Assembly (NCBI GenBank): GCA_950097015.1
Contig: CATNEN010000001.1
Location: 2,108,001-2,172,000 of the forward strand
Origin: Macrostomum hystrix
Taxonomy: Eukaryota; Animalia; Platyhelminthes
Direction of reading: 5' to 3'
DNA: 64,000 nucleotides
Under the pieces are notes generated by a model that was not told the origin of the DNA, made no database searches, and was given only the letters and a program-made list of their open reading frames with translations. The position numbers were made by a program, and so were the translations under genes. Shown in pieces: positions 11,390-23,314 of the stretch (position 1 is its first letter; each line of letters opens with the position of its first letter).

Positions 11390-12352
11390 TCACAGCTTCT
11401 GCGGCTGATTGACAGTCGATGTGCTGGAAGCCGCAGCGACAGCGACTAGACGGGGCGAAGGCAGCGAAGAGCCGTCCAAAGCGGCTTTGGCCTTCTCGTA
11501 CAGCACGAACATAAGAATGTTCCAGCCGGCGATGCGGGCGAAACTCGGCCCGAAGCCTTTGTAGAAGCCGCGCATACCGCTCTGCTTGTAGAGGCCGCGG
11601 GTGACGCTGATGATGTTGGCGCGCTCCTCCGGCAGGGCGCTCATCAGGCGCGTCTTCACCACGTCGACTGGCGAGGCGACCAGGGTGGCGATGAAGCCGC
11701 TGCACAGGCCAGCCAGGAAGTGAGTGCCGATGGCGTTGGGCATGCCGAGACGGGCCACCATGTACGTCTTGATGGTGTCGTAAGACACGACCTCGGCGCA
11801 GTTGACAATGGCGTTGCGGGCGACGCTGGGCCCCGTGCCCTTCCACAGGCCGGCGAGGCCCTCCGATCGCCAGATGGTGGCGTAGGCGGCGGCGCAGCCC
11901 GGATAGCGGCCGGCGGAGCCCTGCATGCGCACCTTGACGACGTCGGTTGGTTGCGCGCAGAGCACGGCCATCGCACCGGTGGTGACGCCAGCCAGGAGCC
12001 GGACGCACATCAGGGCTGTAGCCGAGGCGTCCTCTACCATTCCCAGGCGCTGCATGTAGGCCTGCTTCACCGGCTCGTAGAAGCCGATGCGAATCGAAGC
12101 GAACGCGAATTGCCGTTGGAGGCCGGCGCTCAGGCCGCCGTAGAGCTTCGTCGGACCCTCGTGCACCGCCACCTGACGTAGCGTGCCGATGAATCCGGAG
12201 GTAGCGGCTCCGGTTGGCGCCATCTGCATGCGCACCTTGACGGTGTCCATGGGAAACGTCAGCGCGTCGGCGACGCAGGCGCATGAGCCAGCTAGGAGTA
12301 GCTTTCCAACAGCTGGGCTGCTTCCGCTTGTTGTTGCTGCTGGGGCTGGCAT
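11390..12352 (-). CDS. Mitochondrial uncoupling protein, UCP2/3-like (SLC25 carrier), intronless
   Basis: Three carrier signatures (PMDTVKVRMQ, PTDVVKVRMQ, PVDVVKTRLM) plus UCP-typical GLQRQFAFASIRIGFY, WKGTGP.VARNAIVNCAEVVSYD and FYKGFGPSFARI. 320 aa. Confidence 0.95.
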   Translation of the reverse strand: MPAPAATTSGSSPAVGKLLLAGSCACVADALTFPMDTVKVRMQMAPTGAATSGFIGTLRQVAVHEGPTKLYGGLSAGLQRQFAFASIRIGFYEPVKQAYMQRLGMVEDASATALMCVRLLAGVTTGAMAVLCAQPTDVVKVRMQGSAGRYPGCAAAYATIWRSEGLAGLWKGTGPSVARNAIVNCAEVVSYDTIKTYMVARLGMPNAIGTHFLAGLCSGFIATLVASPVDVVKTRLMSALPEERANIISVTRGLYKQSGMRGFYKGFGPSFARIAGWNILMFVLYEKAKAALDGSSLPSPRLVAVAAASSTSTVNQPQKL

Positions 12353-12554
12353 TGCGAATCAGAAGTAGAGAAATATAGCGTACTAGACGAAGAATATAAT
12401 AAGTCAGGAGGCAACGAGTTTGTTGTGTTGGCGTGAAGCCGCGACAATCTTGTCAACATTCGAAGTCCTATCGGGCTTGGTTGCGCTAACTGGTTCCGGG
12501 ACAATGCCAGAGCTGTCTGTTGGTGGACCTTTTGCATGAGAAAGCGCCCTTGCA

Positions 12555-12560
12555 TTTATA
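12555..12560 (-). promoter_or_regulatory. Putative TATA box of the UCP gene
   Basis: TATAAA on the minus strand ~200 nt upstream of the ATG, next to GC-rich sequence. Confidence 0.4.
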
Positions 12561-15073
12561 CTGTGGCCGTTTGCCCGCCCTGTGCGTACCGGCCCTTAGT
12601 CCTACCCCGCCACCCACCACCCCACTCTCAAGGTCGACCTTTTTTCGTCATCGAGTTTTAGAACCGGTTCCAGCCCGAGCTGGGGAGAGCGATCCAGTTC
12701 TCTTGTTTTCATTACGACGTCAACCCCGCGACGGTGGGGTTTTATCGGTGCCTCTCCGCACGGGCTCTGCTAGTGTGCACTATTAGCGGCTTCTTGTGCG
12801 TCTTTCTTTCCTTCACCCCTCTCTATGCAGCAGAGAGTTTACCGCCCAAACCAACCTCCAAGGCCGTTCTATGCGAGGGTGGTCCAAAGAAAAACTACTT
12901 GTACAAAAATCTATCTGTGCGCTCTTCTTTCCAAAAATTCCAAGCCGTATTTCATGCTTTAAACAGCTGCTCTCAAGGTGAAAGCTAACAAAATGGGAGG
13001 AATTTCCCACGTCTGTGACGACGCGTTATTACCTAGCCATCATTCCGTTACCATTCTTTCTAACCCTTACAAAACTAAGTCTGTACTGCAACATGTGTAC
13101 AGCAGTGTACAGTGCGCCTTGCTCGCTAGGGGCATGTACATTAGATTAGGATGGATTGGGAGGAACAGGACTGATTCTACACAGGACTCAGACAGCCACG
13201 GCGGCTAGAGATGATAGGAAATTTCCAACACTTTAAAATCCCTTGGGGGAATATTCCCGTCGGCGCTCTTCCTCATTTTCTTTCGTGTCAGCTTCCTCAC
13301 GCTCTGCTCCATCTGACCACTAAGCAAGGGCCTCAATTAAATGAGCTGAGCAACGCCTTAGCAACGTGCTACCATAGTTAACGCCCACGCGTCTCAGTCC
13401 TTTGATTGCGGGTTTTGAGTCGCAGATCGTGCTCATCATTTTTTAAAGAAACTCGGTCAGTGAAGAAAACTTTTTCCTGTAATAAAAGTACAACAGCGGC
13501 ACGATGAAAAGCAGGCCTTTTTCGGTATAGTTAGCGGAATAACGACACAACGTTACTTTTTTAATATCGCTAGAACTTAGCAAAAAACGACGAACAAGTA
13601 ACAGTTTTTTTGTTTTGTCACAAAACTATCGTTTATACGAGTACATTGTACTAGACAAAATAGTTAGCATAAGGTCTAGTTCTACTAAACTCTAACTCGC
13701 GAAGATTTTATTTGAACCACCCAAACACAAACAAATTGAAAACATTTTGCACTGAGCCACACCTCAAGCGACCATGATTGAATTACACATACCGACAAGC
13801 TAAGATTAAAAAACACAGAAAGAGAATAACACACGGCAGTTGGCAATCTTTGACCTTCGTACTGGGGTCCAAAATTCCGAATCCTTTCACAGAGCGCCAA
13901 AATATACTGACTGACCAAATTGCCTACAGGCAGCAGCTGACGAAATACAAAAAAAGTTTCTTATGCAGTAGAGCAAAGCTGGGTAAGGAAAAACAAAGTG
14001 GGTGTGACCAATGGCGCTAAAAACGACCTTGAAAACTTACCTTTCTCTCCTATCTACACCCAGAATAGTCTTTAGGACCATTGTTGTTTTTCGCGCTTCA
14101 ATTTCGACTAGAATGGACCGGTTCTTATGAGCTGTTGATTATATTTTTGTGTAGCATTTGAAACTACAGAAGGTAATGAAAGTAAGTGCTATTTTTAGAA
14201 ACAGTCAGACAGCTGATGAAGACAGGAATGCTCAAACTGCAGGAGATGAGAGAGGATTAGGTTTATGAAGGGTAGGTAACCATTTCAGAGTTGAATGATT
14301 TTATCGAATGATTTTTACTAAACCCCATGGTACAAGGGCTTTGACGGCACTTCTCACTATCTGTGGCCTGGCAAGATTTGGTTCGAAAGGTGCAATTGCT
14401 TAAAAATGATAAGGAAACACATTTGGAGCCTGGTCAGGTTAGTACAAAGCGAAAAATTCGTTCTTTACTAACTAAAAAACAGAAACCTGATTCAACCTGA
14501 TCGAGCTATTCTCAAAGATAGCATCCAGGTAGATGCGTCATGTGACAGTGTCAGGAGTAAATAAATTTCGCAATTAAGTGCATCGCGTTCTGGATCTTTG
14601 AAAACATGGATATACGAGTAGCAATGTTTTGTGGTTATTCGCTAAATATCTTTTTATCTATCGCTTTTGTTGTGATAGTAATAACATTATAATTGCGTAA
14701 AGTGATTTATTGCTCTGGAAAAAAGTACGAAAATTGATTTCCATTACGTTTCGATAGAATGAATTGCCGAGAAATTTAAGAATATGCAAGGATAAGAAAA
14801 AAACATTTTTTTCCACGGAGTTTAAAATAATAAATCAGATTTTTGTCGATTCTTTTTGACAATTTTTGAGGATTGGATGGAATAATTAGCCGTGTCTCAA
14901 ACTGCTCAAACACAGGTTCGATATTACCTAGATGTGCCACTCCAGCATTCAGCTGCTGTCTTCAAAGCAGCTGCGAAAACACAGGCGTTAGGACCACAAA
15001 CAATGGCATCTGCTGCAGAAGCAAGAAACAGCCATTGTCAATCAGCTAGATTATTGTTTCTGTATAAGCTTGA

Positions 15074-15536
15074 CACGAGGAGGGGTCAGTTGCAGAGCGA
15101 TCTAACAACGTGTTTGCCTCTCGCACCAAGGTCCCTGAGCTCGATTCCGCGGCGAGGCCACATTTGGGGCGCAGCCGCGGAAAGAGAAGGCTTGGGGGGA
15201 CTTTGTTTGCCATTCACGACCTTGAGGGCCAACCTCAAAGTCACAGTGAGAGTGTACACAAGGACTACTTAAGTAGAACGTAGAAAGTAGAACTACGAAC
15301 TCGTATAAATGATACTTCAGTCGTCCTTGAGTGTAACACTGCCTGACAATGAGAAAGTCAGGACAGAAGTACACATCTAACCCTGAGTGTGTGTGTGACG
15401 CGTACGGTATCTATGTGCGTGTGTACTCAGGAGTCAGCAGAAACGGGCAGAATTGCCTCCTCGCTGGCTGCGAGTCTACTGTCACTAAATGATGTGCTAT
15501 TGCCCGCAGTCCTTCTGCAGTTGTTGGTTTTTTTTC
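15074..15536 (+). mobile_element. tRNA-derived SINE (family 1) with nested insertion
   Basis: Homologous to 33690-34062 and 27305-27625. Degenerate A/B boxes; flanked by the direct repeat AAGCTTGA. Confidence 0.85.
15259..15329. mobile_element. 71-bp mini-MITE nested in the SINE
   Basis: TIR CAAGGACTACTTAAGTA / TACTTCAGTCGTCCTTG (15/17). Target AGTGTA(A)CA is duplicated. The insert is absent from the other SINE copies. Confidence 0.75.
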
Positions 15537-15589
15537 AAGCTTGAAGCGAACCAGCAGCCTCTCAGTGATCACCGCGATGCTGCGACACA

Positions 15590-15790
15590 CGTTAGAGCAC
15601 CACTAAAGACTGTCATGGATAATTTGCTGTGCACATTCACAACTATCTGATCTTGCAGCTGGTGCCACGACACAGGCAGGTGTGCAGCCTGCACTTTAAA
15701 GACGCGCGACAAGCGCACGGCTCGGCTTAAGCCAGGTGCCGTGCCGAACTGTTTCACGTCTCTCCACCGAGTCTGAAGCGACTGCATGGC
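15590..15790 (+). pseudogene. Degenerate THAP zinc-finger remnant (P-element-like)
   Basis: VCSLHFKD followed after a frameshift by RLKPGAVPNCF, the diagnostic THAP C-x2-H and AVP motifs. Confidence 0.65.
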
Positions 15791-15976
15791 TCCCAAGCGG
15801 CATCACTACCAGATATCAGTCCCGACTCCCAATCATGCGCAGAAAATTTTTGTCACTAATTTGGTCATTATGCTCTTCAGTCATTCTGTTGCTGCGTGAA
15901 GATGCACTGATTACTGCGCTATTTTAACTGAATCGTGTTAAAGTCCAAAAAATTGTTTCCTATTTCTTGTCGAGAG

Positions 15977-16065
15977 CACAGATACTATAATAACTATAAT
16001 AAATAATAGTTATTATAGTATTAGTTATAGTATATACTATAGTATATAGTTATTATAGATCTGTG
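15977..16065. mobile_element. Small palindromic MITE with 8-bp TSD
   Basis: GTCGAGAG|CACAGATACTATA...TATAGATCTGTG|GTCGAGAG. Confidence 0.7.
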
Positions 16066-16422
16066 GTCGAGAGCAGCAGAAGCTATAGTCTATGGTCATA
16101 ACTGACCATACTATACTATAGTATATAGTTATTATAGTATCTGTGGTCGAGAGCAGCAGAAGCTATAGTCTATGGTCATAACTGACCATACTATACTATA
16201 GTATATAGTTATTATAGTATCTGTGGTCGAGAGCAGCAGAAGCTATAGTCTATGGTCATAACTGACCATACTATACTATAGTATATAGTTATTATAGTAT
16301 CTGTGGTCGAGAGCAGCAGAAGCTATAGTCTATGGTCATAACTGACCATACTATACTATAGTATATAGTTATTATAGTATCTGTGGTCGAGAGCAGCAGA
16401 AGCTATAGTCTATGGTCATAAC
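16035..16422. repeat. 80-bp tandem repeat (5 copies) built from the MITE end plus flank
   Basis: CTGTGGTCGAGAGC recurs at 16061, 16141, 16221, 16301 and 16381. Confidence 0.95.
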
Positions 16423-17599
16423 CTCGTGGTTTTCGCGCTGCTGAAAATTCTTTAGAGCGGCATATCTAGGTGATATAGAATCTGTGACCCTAAAAGCTAT
16501 ATTGTTGCAAACTTTGAAGAAAGTTTGCAAACGATCTTCATTGCACATCCCCGAATACATGAATACAAAACTAGGAAATCTGCAATGTCTATTTTTTAAA
16601 CTATTGTGACAGGCTCAACTTTCTAAGAATATTAAAAAATGATTCTTTAGTAACTCAAACCGTACTGGTAACACGTGGAATATTTTTACTGCCATAACTT
16701 AGCCAGCCTGCTTCAGAATAGTAGTTCTGTTAACAATTGCCAGGCCAAATTTGAACATGACTAATGGTATGGATATTAAAATACTGAATACATTAAAAAA
16801 CTTATTTTAGATTGCTAGAAACGAAAAATTGTCCCTTCACATAAATAATAACCTACAATCCAACGTTACCTAAAATGATTATAGCGAGTTTATAGACATA
16901 CCTGAATGCTGAAAACTAACAGTTAAAGGTAAGCAAAAACAGCGAACACGAAACAGGACATAAAGTTTTCACAAATGCTGACTGAACAATCACAAAAAAC
17001 TGATTGCCAAAATTGTCAGTAAGGGGTGGTGCCAACACAAAATGTGTTTATTTGTTTAGAAAAGGAAAACACAAGCCGGGCCATAGACATTTTGAAGACT
17101 ATATTTTCTGCACTGATTATAAATGTATTCATGTACTTCATCCTTATAGCAATGCACTAGCTGTATTATATTGTCCTTTAAAAAAATAACAAATACATAT
17201 TACAACGGTTGTTCTGTTAACATAATGTGCTGGTTGTCAGTAATTTTGATTATGGCTTATAACTTATATAGTTTGGTTAATAAAATAAACTCGAAAATAG
17301 TGCACATACAAATATATTAAATTGAAATAAAGCTAGCAGATTTTACGAAAAAAACATCAAATAACATATATGCAATGGACTAAAGACAAAATACTTCTAA
17401 CAAAATATTACATCGTTAATTTGCTATGAATTTAATTAGCATAAACTATACTAAAGCTTTTTTTTACTCTTATGACAAACCTATAGTTTTGATTGTTGGC
17501 CTTCTAAACCTAACACTAACAAAGGGTTAAAACTTATTATTTTATTCAATGTCCCAATAAACAATACATTTGAATCTGTGACCTAAGCCAAGTCCTTAA

Positions 17600-18545
17600 A
17601 AGGGCTTCTAAACCTAGTACTTAAAACGAGGGCTTCTAAACCTAGTACTTAAAACAGGGGCTTCTAAACCTAGTACTTAAAACAGGGGCTTCTAAACCTA
17701 GTACTTAAAACAGGGCTTCTAAACCTAGTACTTAAAACAGGGGCTTCTAAACCTAGTACTCAAAACAGGGGCTTCTAAACCTAGTACTTAAAACAGGGGC
17801 TTCTAAACCTAGTACTTAAAACAAGGGCTTCTAAAACTAGTACTTAAAACAGGGGCTTCTAAACCTAGTACTTAAAACAGGGGCTTCTAAACCTAGTACT
17901 TAAAACAGGGGCTTCTAAACCTAGTACTTAAAACAAGGGCTTCTAAACCTAGTACTTAAAACAGGGGCTTCTAAACCTAGTACTTAAAACAATGGCTTCT
18001 AAACCTAGTACTCAAAACAGGGGCTTCTAAACCTAGTACTTAAAACAGGGGCTTCTAAATCTAGTACTTAAAACAGGGGCTTCTAAACCTAGTACTTAAA
18101 ACAAGGGCTTCTAAACCTAGTACTCAAAACAGGGGCTTCTAAACCTAGTACTTAAAACAGGGGCTTCTAAACCTAGTACTTAAAACAAGGGCTTCTAAAT
18201 CTAGTACTTAAAACAGGGGCTTCTAAACCTAGTACTTAAAACAGTTGCTTCTAAACCTAGTACTTAAAACGAGGGCTTCTAAACCTAGTACTTAAAACAA
18301 GGGCTTCTAAACCTAGTACTTAAAACAGGGGCTTCTAAACCTAGTACTTAAAACAGGGGCTTCTAAACCTAGTACTCAAAACAGGGGCTTCTAAACCTAG
18401 TACTTAAAACAGGGGCTTCTAAACCTAGTACTTAAAACAGGGGCTTCTAAACCTAGTACTTAAAACAGGGGCGTCTAAACCTAGTACTTAAAACGAGGGC
18501 TTCTAAACCTAGTACTTTAAAAGAGGGCTTCTAAACCTAGAACAT
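17600..18545. repeat. 28-bp minisatellite (GGGGCTTCTAAACCTAGTACTTAAAACA)n
   Basis: About 33 tandem units. Confidence 0.97.
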
Positions 18546-19437
18546 CGAAAGGGGAGTACTTAAAGGTGCTTTTTAACATTTTATTTTAACCAACAGCCTA
18601 CTAAACCTAGTAGTCAAGAATATTCAAATAAGTGCCCCCCCAAAACAATTGTTTCAAAGACATAAATTCAAAACATTGACAAAAAATAAACAATAAACAA
18701 AATATATGATCAGTAACAGCAATTTTAACCGGATCAAAGCAAGGAAGACCAGCATAACTCACCAGACAGACATGGACTGTGAGAATTAAATTTCCACGAC
18801 ATCAGACCTATTAAATACGTAGATTATATAACATGTTCGAATAAGCACTATTTTCAGGACCATTTTAAAATAGACGAACACAAAAACTTGTGAGTCTACT
18901 ACTAGTAGCGCTAATGGAATCGTTTGTAACAATTAAAGTAAAACAATGAATAACCAAATATTACTAGCATACAAGCAACAGTCTGGGATACTTAATTTTG
19001 GCAAAACTACAATTTTTATAACGATTTACCATTAAAGTAAATGTTTGTAGAAAATTAAATACTAGATTAACAAAATTATTATAAAAAAGAAAGTATTACA
19101 ATATTCGTAAAGCGAACAGAACACATGCCAGACATTTTAGATTTACCTTTAAAGCGACTGCCAAACAGCTCTTACTGCGTTCATAATAAATTTAAACAAA
19201 GACTGCGCTTAACTGACATAACTGTTGACTAACAAAGACCGCTCACAACTATATTTAAAAAAGACCGCTAAAGAACTTAATAACAACGACTAACAACTCA
19301 ATTTTAAGAAAGACCGCTAACAGCAATCCGACAAAGACCTGATTTGTCATAGTATTTAAAAAATAAAGACTGCTGATAAGTTTTAACAAAGAATAGTAAT
19401 AAAAAATGGTCTATTGTTGACTAATTATTAGTCGTTG

Positions 19438-21904
19438 TCACAATCGATTCAATCTTCGCATAAAGGCCAAATCGGCGGGCCGTTCGCGCTGAACAACACG
19501 GGGTCTAGCAGGCGACAGCTGGTCACTGCAGCTGATGTAGTTCAGGTGGAACAGGTAGGCACCAGGATTGGGTAGCAGCAGTTTGCAGACGGCGCATTTG
19601 AGTTTGGCGGGCAGTTTGCTAACAGAATTACGCACAAGATCTAAGCGCTTCTCGCACTCAGATCGATGTCGATCCAGAGCCTTCGCGTTCATGAATTTGT
19701 GCAGACAGATGGAACAAGTGACAGCGGCGCAGCAGGCTAAACTTCGCCTCCGATGCCGAAGCAGCGTGTCGACGTCCGAGAACTCGCGCCGGCACAGATC
19801 GCATGTGAATGGCAGTGTGGGACCACGGGGAGTCATGCGGCAGTGCTGGGACTCCAGGTGACGCACCAGAGCGTGACGGGAGCGCAACTGCCGGGCGCAG
19901 ATCAGGCACAGAGCTGGGCGGCTTCTGCGATTGTTAAAGAGGCGGACAGCAGTTTGATAATATTCCCAGTTGGGGAATAAATCGGAAATAACCTTTATTT
20001 ATCCCGAAAATGGGAAATTCGGACAGCTGGCACAAGGGAGCACTGTTATCCCCGAATTCGGAATGCTTGTCCATTTATCCGAAACTGGGAATAGTCATAA
20101 TCCTAAGCAGGTAATTACTGTCGTTAATCCCAAATAGGTAATTACTGTCGTTAATCCCAAATAGGTAATTACTGTCGTTAATCCTAAATAGGTAACTACT
20201 GTCGTTAATCCCAAGCAGGTAATTACTGTCGTTAATCCCAAATAGGTAATTACTGTCGGTAATCCCAAATAGGTAATTACTGTCGTTAATCCCAAAAAGG
20301 TAATTACTGTCGGTAATCCCAAATAGGTAATTACTGTCGGTAATCCCAAATAGGTAATTACTGTCGTTAATCCCAAATAGGTAATTACTGTCGGTAATCC
20401 CAAATAGGTAATTACTGTCGTTAATCCCAAATAGGTAATTACTGTCGTTAATCCTAAATAGGTAACTACTGTCGTTAATCCCAAGCAGGTAATTACTGTC
20501 GTTAATCCCAAATAGGTAATTACTGTCGGTAATCCCAAATAGGTAATTACTGTCGTTAATCCCAAATAGGTAATTACTGTCGGTAATCCCAAATAGGTAA
20601 TTACTGTCGTTAATCCCAAATAGGTAATTACTGTCGTTAATCCCAAATAGGTAATTACTGTCGTTAATCCCAAGCAGGTAATTACTGTCTTTAATCCCAA
20701 GCATGGTAATGACTGTCGTTAATCCTAAGCAGGTAATTACTGTCGTTAATCCCAAGCAGGTAATTCCAGTGGTTAATGCCAAATTGAGAATACTGTCACT
20801 GATCCTAAATCGAGCATAAAGTCATTAATCACGATTTGGGAATAACCATTGTTTATCCCTAAATAGAAATTCTCGAATAGAGAACTGTTACTTTTCCTCA
20901 AGTTTGACATAGTTAATAGATTATAGATCCCAAATGTGTAATTACAGTCAATTATCCCAAATAGGAATTGTGCCAATTATCTTAAATATATAAACTACTG
21001 TTCATACAACTTAGAACTACTACGAGTATTTGTCTTTTATCGATTCAAAATAGGGAATACTGAATTAGGTTCCCAGCTTAAATTATTAAGAATCTCTAGT
21101 CGACCGAACCAGATTAACTAAAAAGATAGCTATTCAATCCACTCACCTATGAGCAGTCTCTCTGTGCTCACGAAGCGCCGATCGCGACTGATAGGACCGA
21201 AAACAAGTTGAGCAGGCAAACAGCTGCTTCTGTTGCTGCTGCTGCTGCTGGCGATTCTCTGCAGTGGGAGAAACAGAGGGTCTGATAAAAGTCGCACCAG
21301 TTGTCGGTTCCTCATTTCCAGAATGCGTTTTCAGCTGATTTAGTAGCGATGGCGGCGAAAGCAGGCCTCCGTTATCGTCGCCGCTGACAAAGTCCTTCTG
21401 ATCGAACCAGATCACTTTGCGTCCCTTCGGTGGCTGCTGCGGCTGCTTAGGAGGCTGCGGCGCTGCCTGCGTCACAGGAATCGGGCGCGAATATCGATGG
21501 AGTTGCAGCTGCACAATTCGCGGAGGAGGCGGCGGAGGCGGCAGCTGCGACTGGACTGACGGCGGAGGAGGAGGTGGAGGCGGCGGCTGCGACTTGACCG
21601 ACGGCGGTGGAGGCGGCGGCTGCGGCTGGCGGGGTGAAGCGAAGCCCGACTGAAGCACTGGATCGCCGCCGACATCGCCAACTTCCACATCGCCTGGACC
21701 GAATGCTCCAACGCTGGCTGCGAAGTGATTCAACTCGTTGAGATCGTCCATCGGTAGGTCCAGGAGTCGCTGCAATTGTTCCAATTCGCCATTGGCCGAT
21801 GAGCAGAAGTTGCCAGCAAGGCAGGACAGGCCGGACAGATCCATCTTGTCAATGTCGGACATTGACGGCAGGTCGAAGGACGACAGGAATAAGTCGTCGT
21901 CCAT
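19438..21904 (-). CDS. Zinc-finger transcription factor (2 C2H2 + 3 C2HC fingers), 2 exons
   Basis: Exon 1 21904-21147 (acidic, Pro/Gln-rich, FACSTC..H..H) is spliced AG|GTGAGT ... CAG to exon 2 19924-19438. The frame is preserved: RSRPALCLICARQLRSRHALVRHLESQH. Confidence 0.88.
20095..20782. repeat. 27-bp intronic minisatellite (CAAATAGGTAATTACTGTCGTTAATCC)n
   Basis: About 25 units inside the zinc-finger gene intron. Confidence 0.95.
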
Positions 21905-22054
21905 TCCGGCGATGGTCGGTGAACGTATTGCTGCACACTTTAATTATAAGATACTTTAATAATGGAATGCTGGCATTTACTGCAAGGATTTTTCAAGCTT
22001 TATTGATGAAGGTTTTATTAATTAAAATCATGAAAGTATTCTGATTAAAGTCAC

Positions 22055-22390
22055 GTCTTCTGCTTCTAGAAACACTCCCAGTGTCTTCTTCCCATAGAAA
22101 CACACCCAGTGTCTTCTGCCCCTAGAATCACACCCAGTGTCTTCTTCCCCTAGAACCATAACCAGTGTCATCTGCCTCTAGAATCATAACAAGTGTCTTC
22201 TGCCCCTAGAATCACACCCAGTGTCTTCTGCCCCTAGAATCACATCCAGTGTCTTCGGCCTTTAGAAACACACAACAGTGTCTTCTGCCCCTAGAAACAG
22301 AACCAGTGTCTTCTGCCCATAGAAACAGAACCAGTGTCTTCTGCCCATAGAAACAGAACGAGTGTCTTCTGCCCATAGAAACACAGGTCT
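22055..22390. repeat. 28-bp minisatellite (CAGTGTCTTCTGCCCCTAGAATCACACC)n
   Basis: About 12 diverged units just upstream of the zinc-finger ATG. Confidence 0.9.
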
Positions 22391-23314
22391 AAAGATGGAA
22401 AGAATTTACAAAAAGGAATTGCAAAGAGCTAAAAATACTTTGATACTACTGCTAGCCAGTAGAGTATAAGACGATACATTAGAGTGTATTAATTACTAAA
22501 CTTACTTGCACTAATACAAAGAGTAAGTGATGATGATAAATAAGATGCTAAATGTAATGTACAACATTTTTTAATTTAAGAATAAAGGAGAAATCGAAAA
22601 TCACAGGACAAAGTGATTTCTAAAATCGTTTCTAAACATTTCATAAAAACTACAACCTAAAGTACAAACTAAGAAGGCTGACAGATCTGACCTGCAGATA
22701 AATGATGATGAGCCAGCCAAATCAACACTCGATTAATTATTTAAGAATACTGTAGGCTCAGAATAGACCAGCTGCTGTTTAAACTACTCCGGAAAGTAGC
22801 ACATAGAGAGCATGCATCGAGTGTAAGTTTATAACAAAAATAAATTAATTACAAAATGAACAGTCTCATTTTAGTGTTTAAATTAACATGGTAGAAAAAC
22901 CTACAATTGGAATGTGAATTCGAAAGTCATGGACGGAAATACGAGTATATAAAATTTAAGAAAACGACACACTATTTAGTTTTGTCCGCATTCTGTTATT
23001 ACCAGTGCGATGACAAGTCAGCTAATAGTTTTAGCTGGTTAACAGTGTGGGCAAGATAGGATTTAAAATGTTTACATGCAAGTTGCAATAAAATAGATCA
23101 CACATATTTATATATGTATATCCCAGGCTTTTGCTTTTTTGACACTGCTATTAAATGAATGGTTTATTGCGTGTAAAATTGTGTTTCAGCCTAGTTTGAT
23201 AGCAGCACCAAGGTACAATGTCCCTGAGCTTGATTCTGCGGCGATTGTGCCTACTTCCTACTTGATTTCCTACCTTCCTACCTGCATGGTCTTTCAACTG
23301 CTAAAGGATTTCTG

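Noticed and set aside
11376-12284. 302-aa alternative-frame ORF over UCP, and antisense ORFs over the mariner and other exons
   Set aside because: Shadow ORFs caused by GC-rich codon usage.
12460-12555. Longer 87-aa uORF starting at 12555
   Set aside because: Its ATG overlaps the putative TATA box, so it is probably not transcribed.
16035-16422. CRISPR-like palindromic repeat array
   Set aside because: The intervening sequences are identical rather than unique spacers, there are no cas genes, and the context is eukaryotic.
20075-20782. 235-aa (GINDSNYLF)n ORF
   Set aside because: A 27-bp satellite inside an intron whose flanking exons splice in frame.
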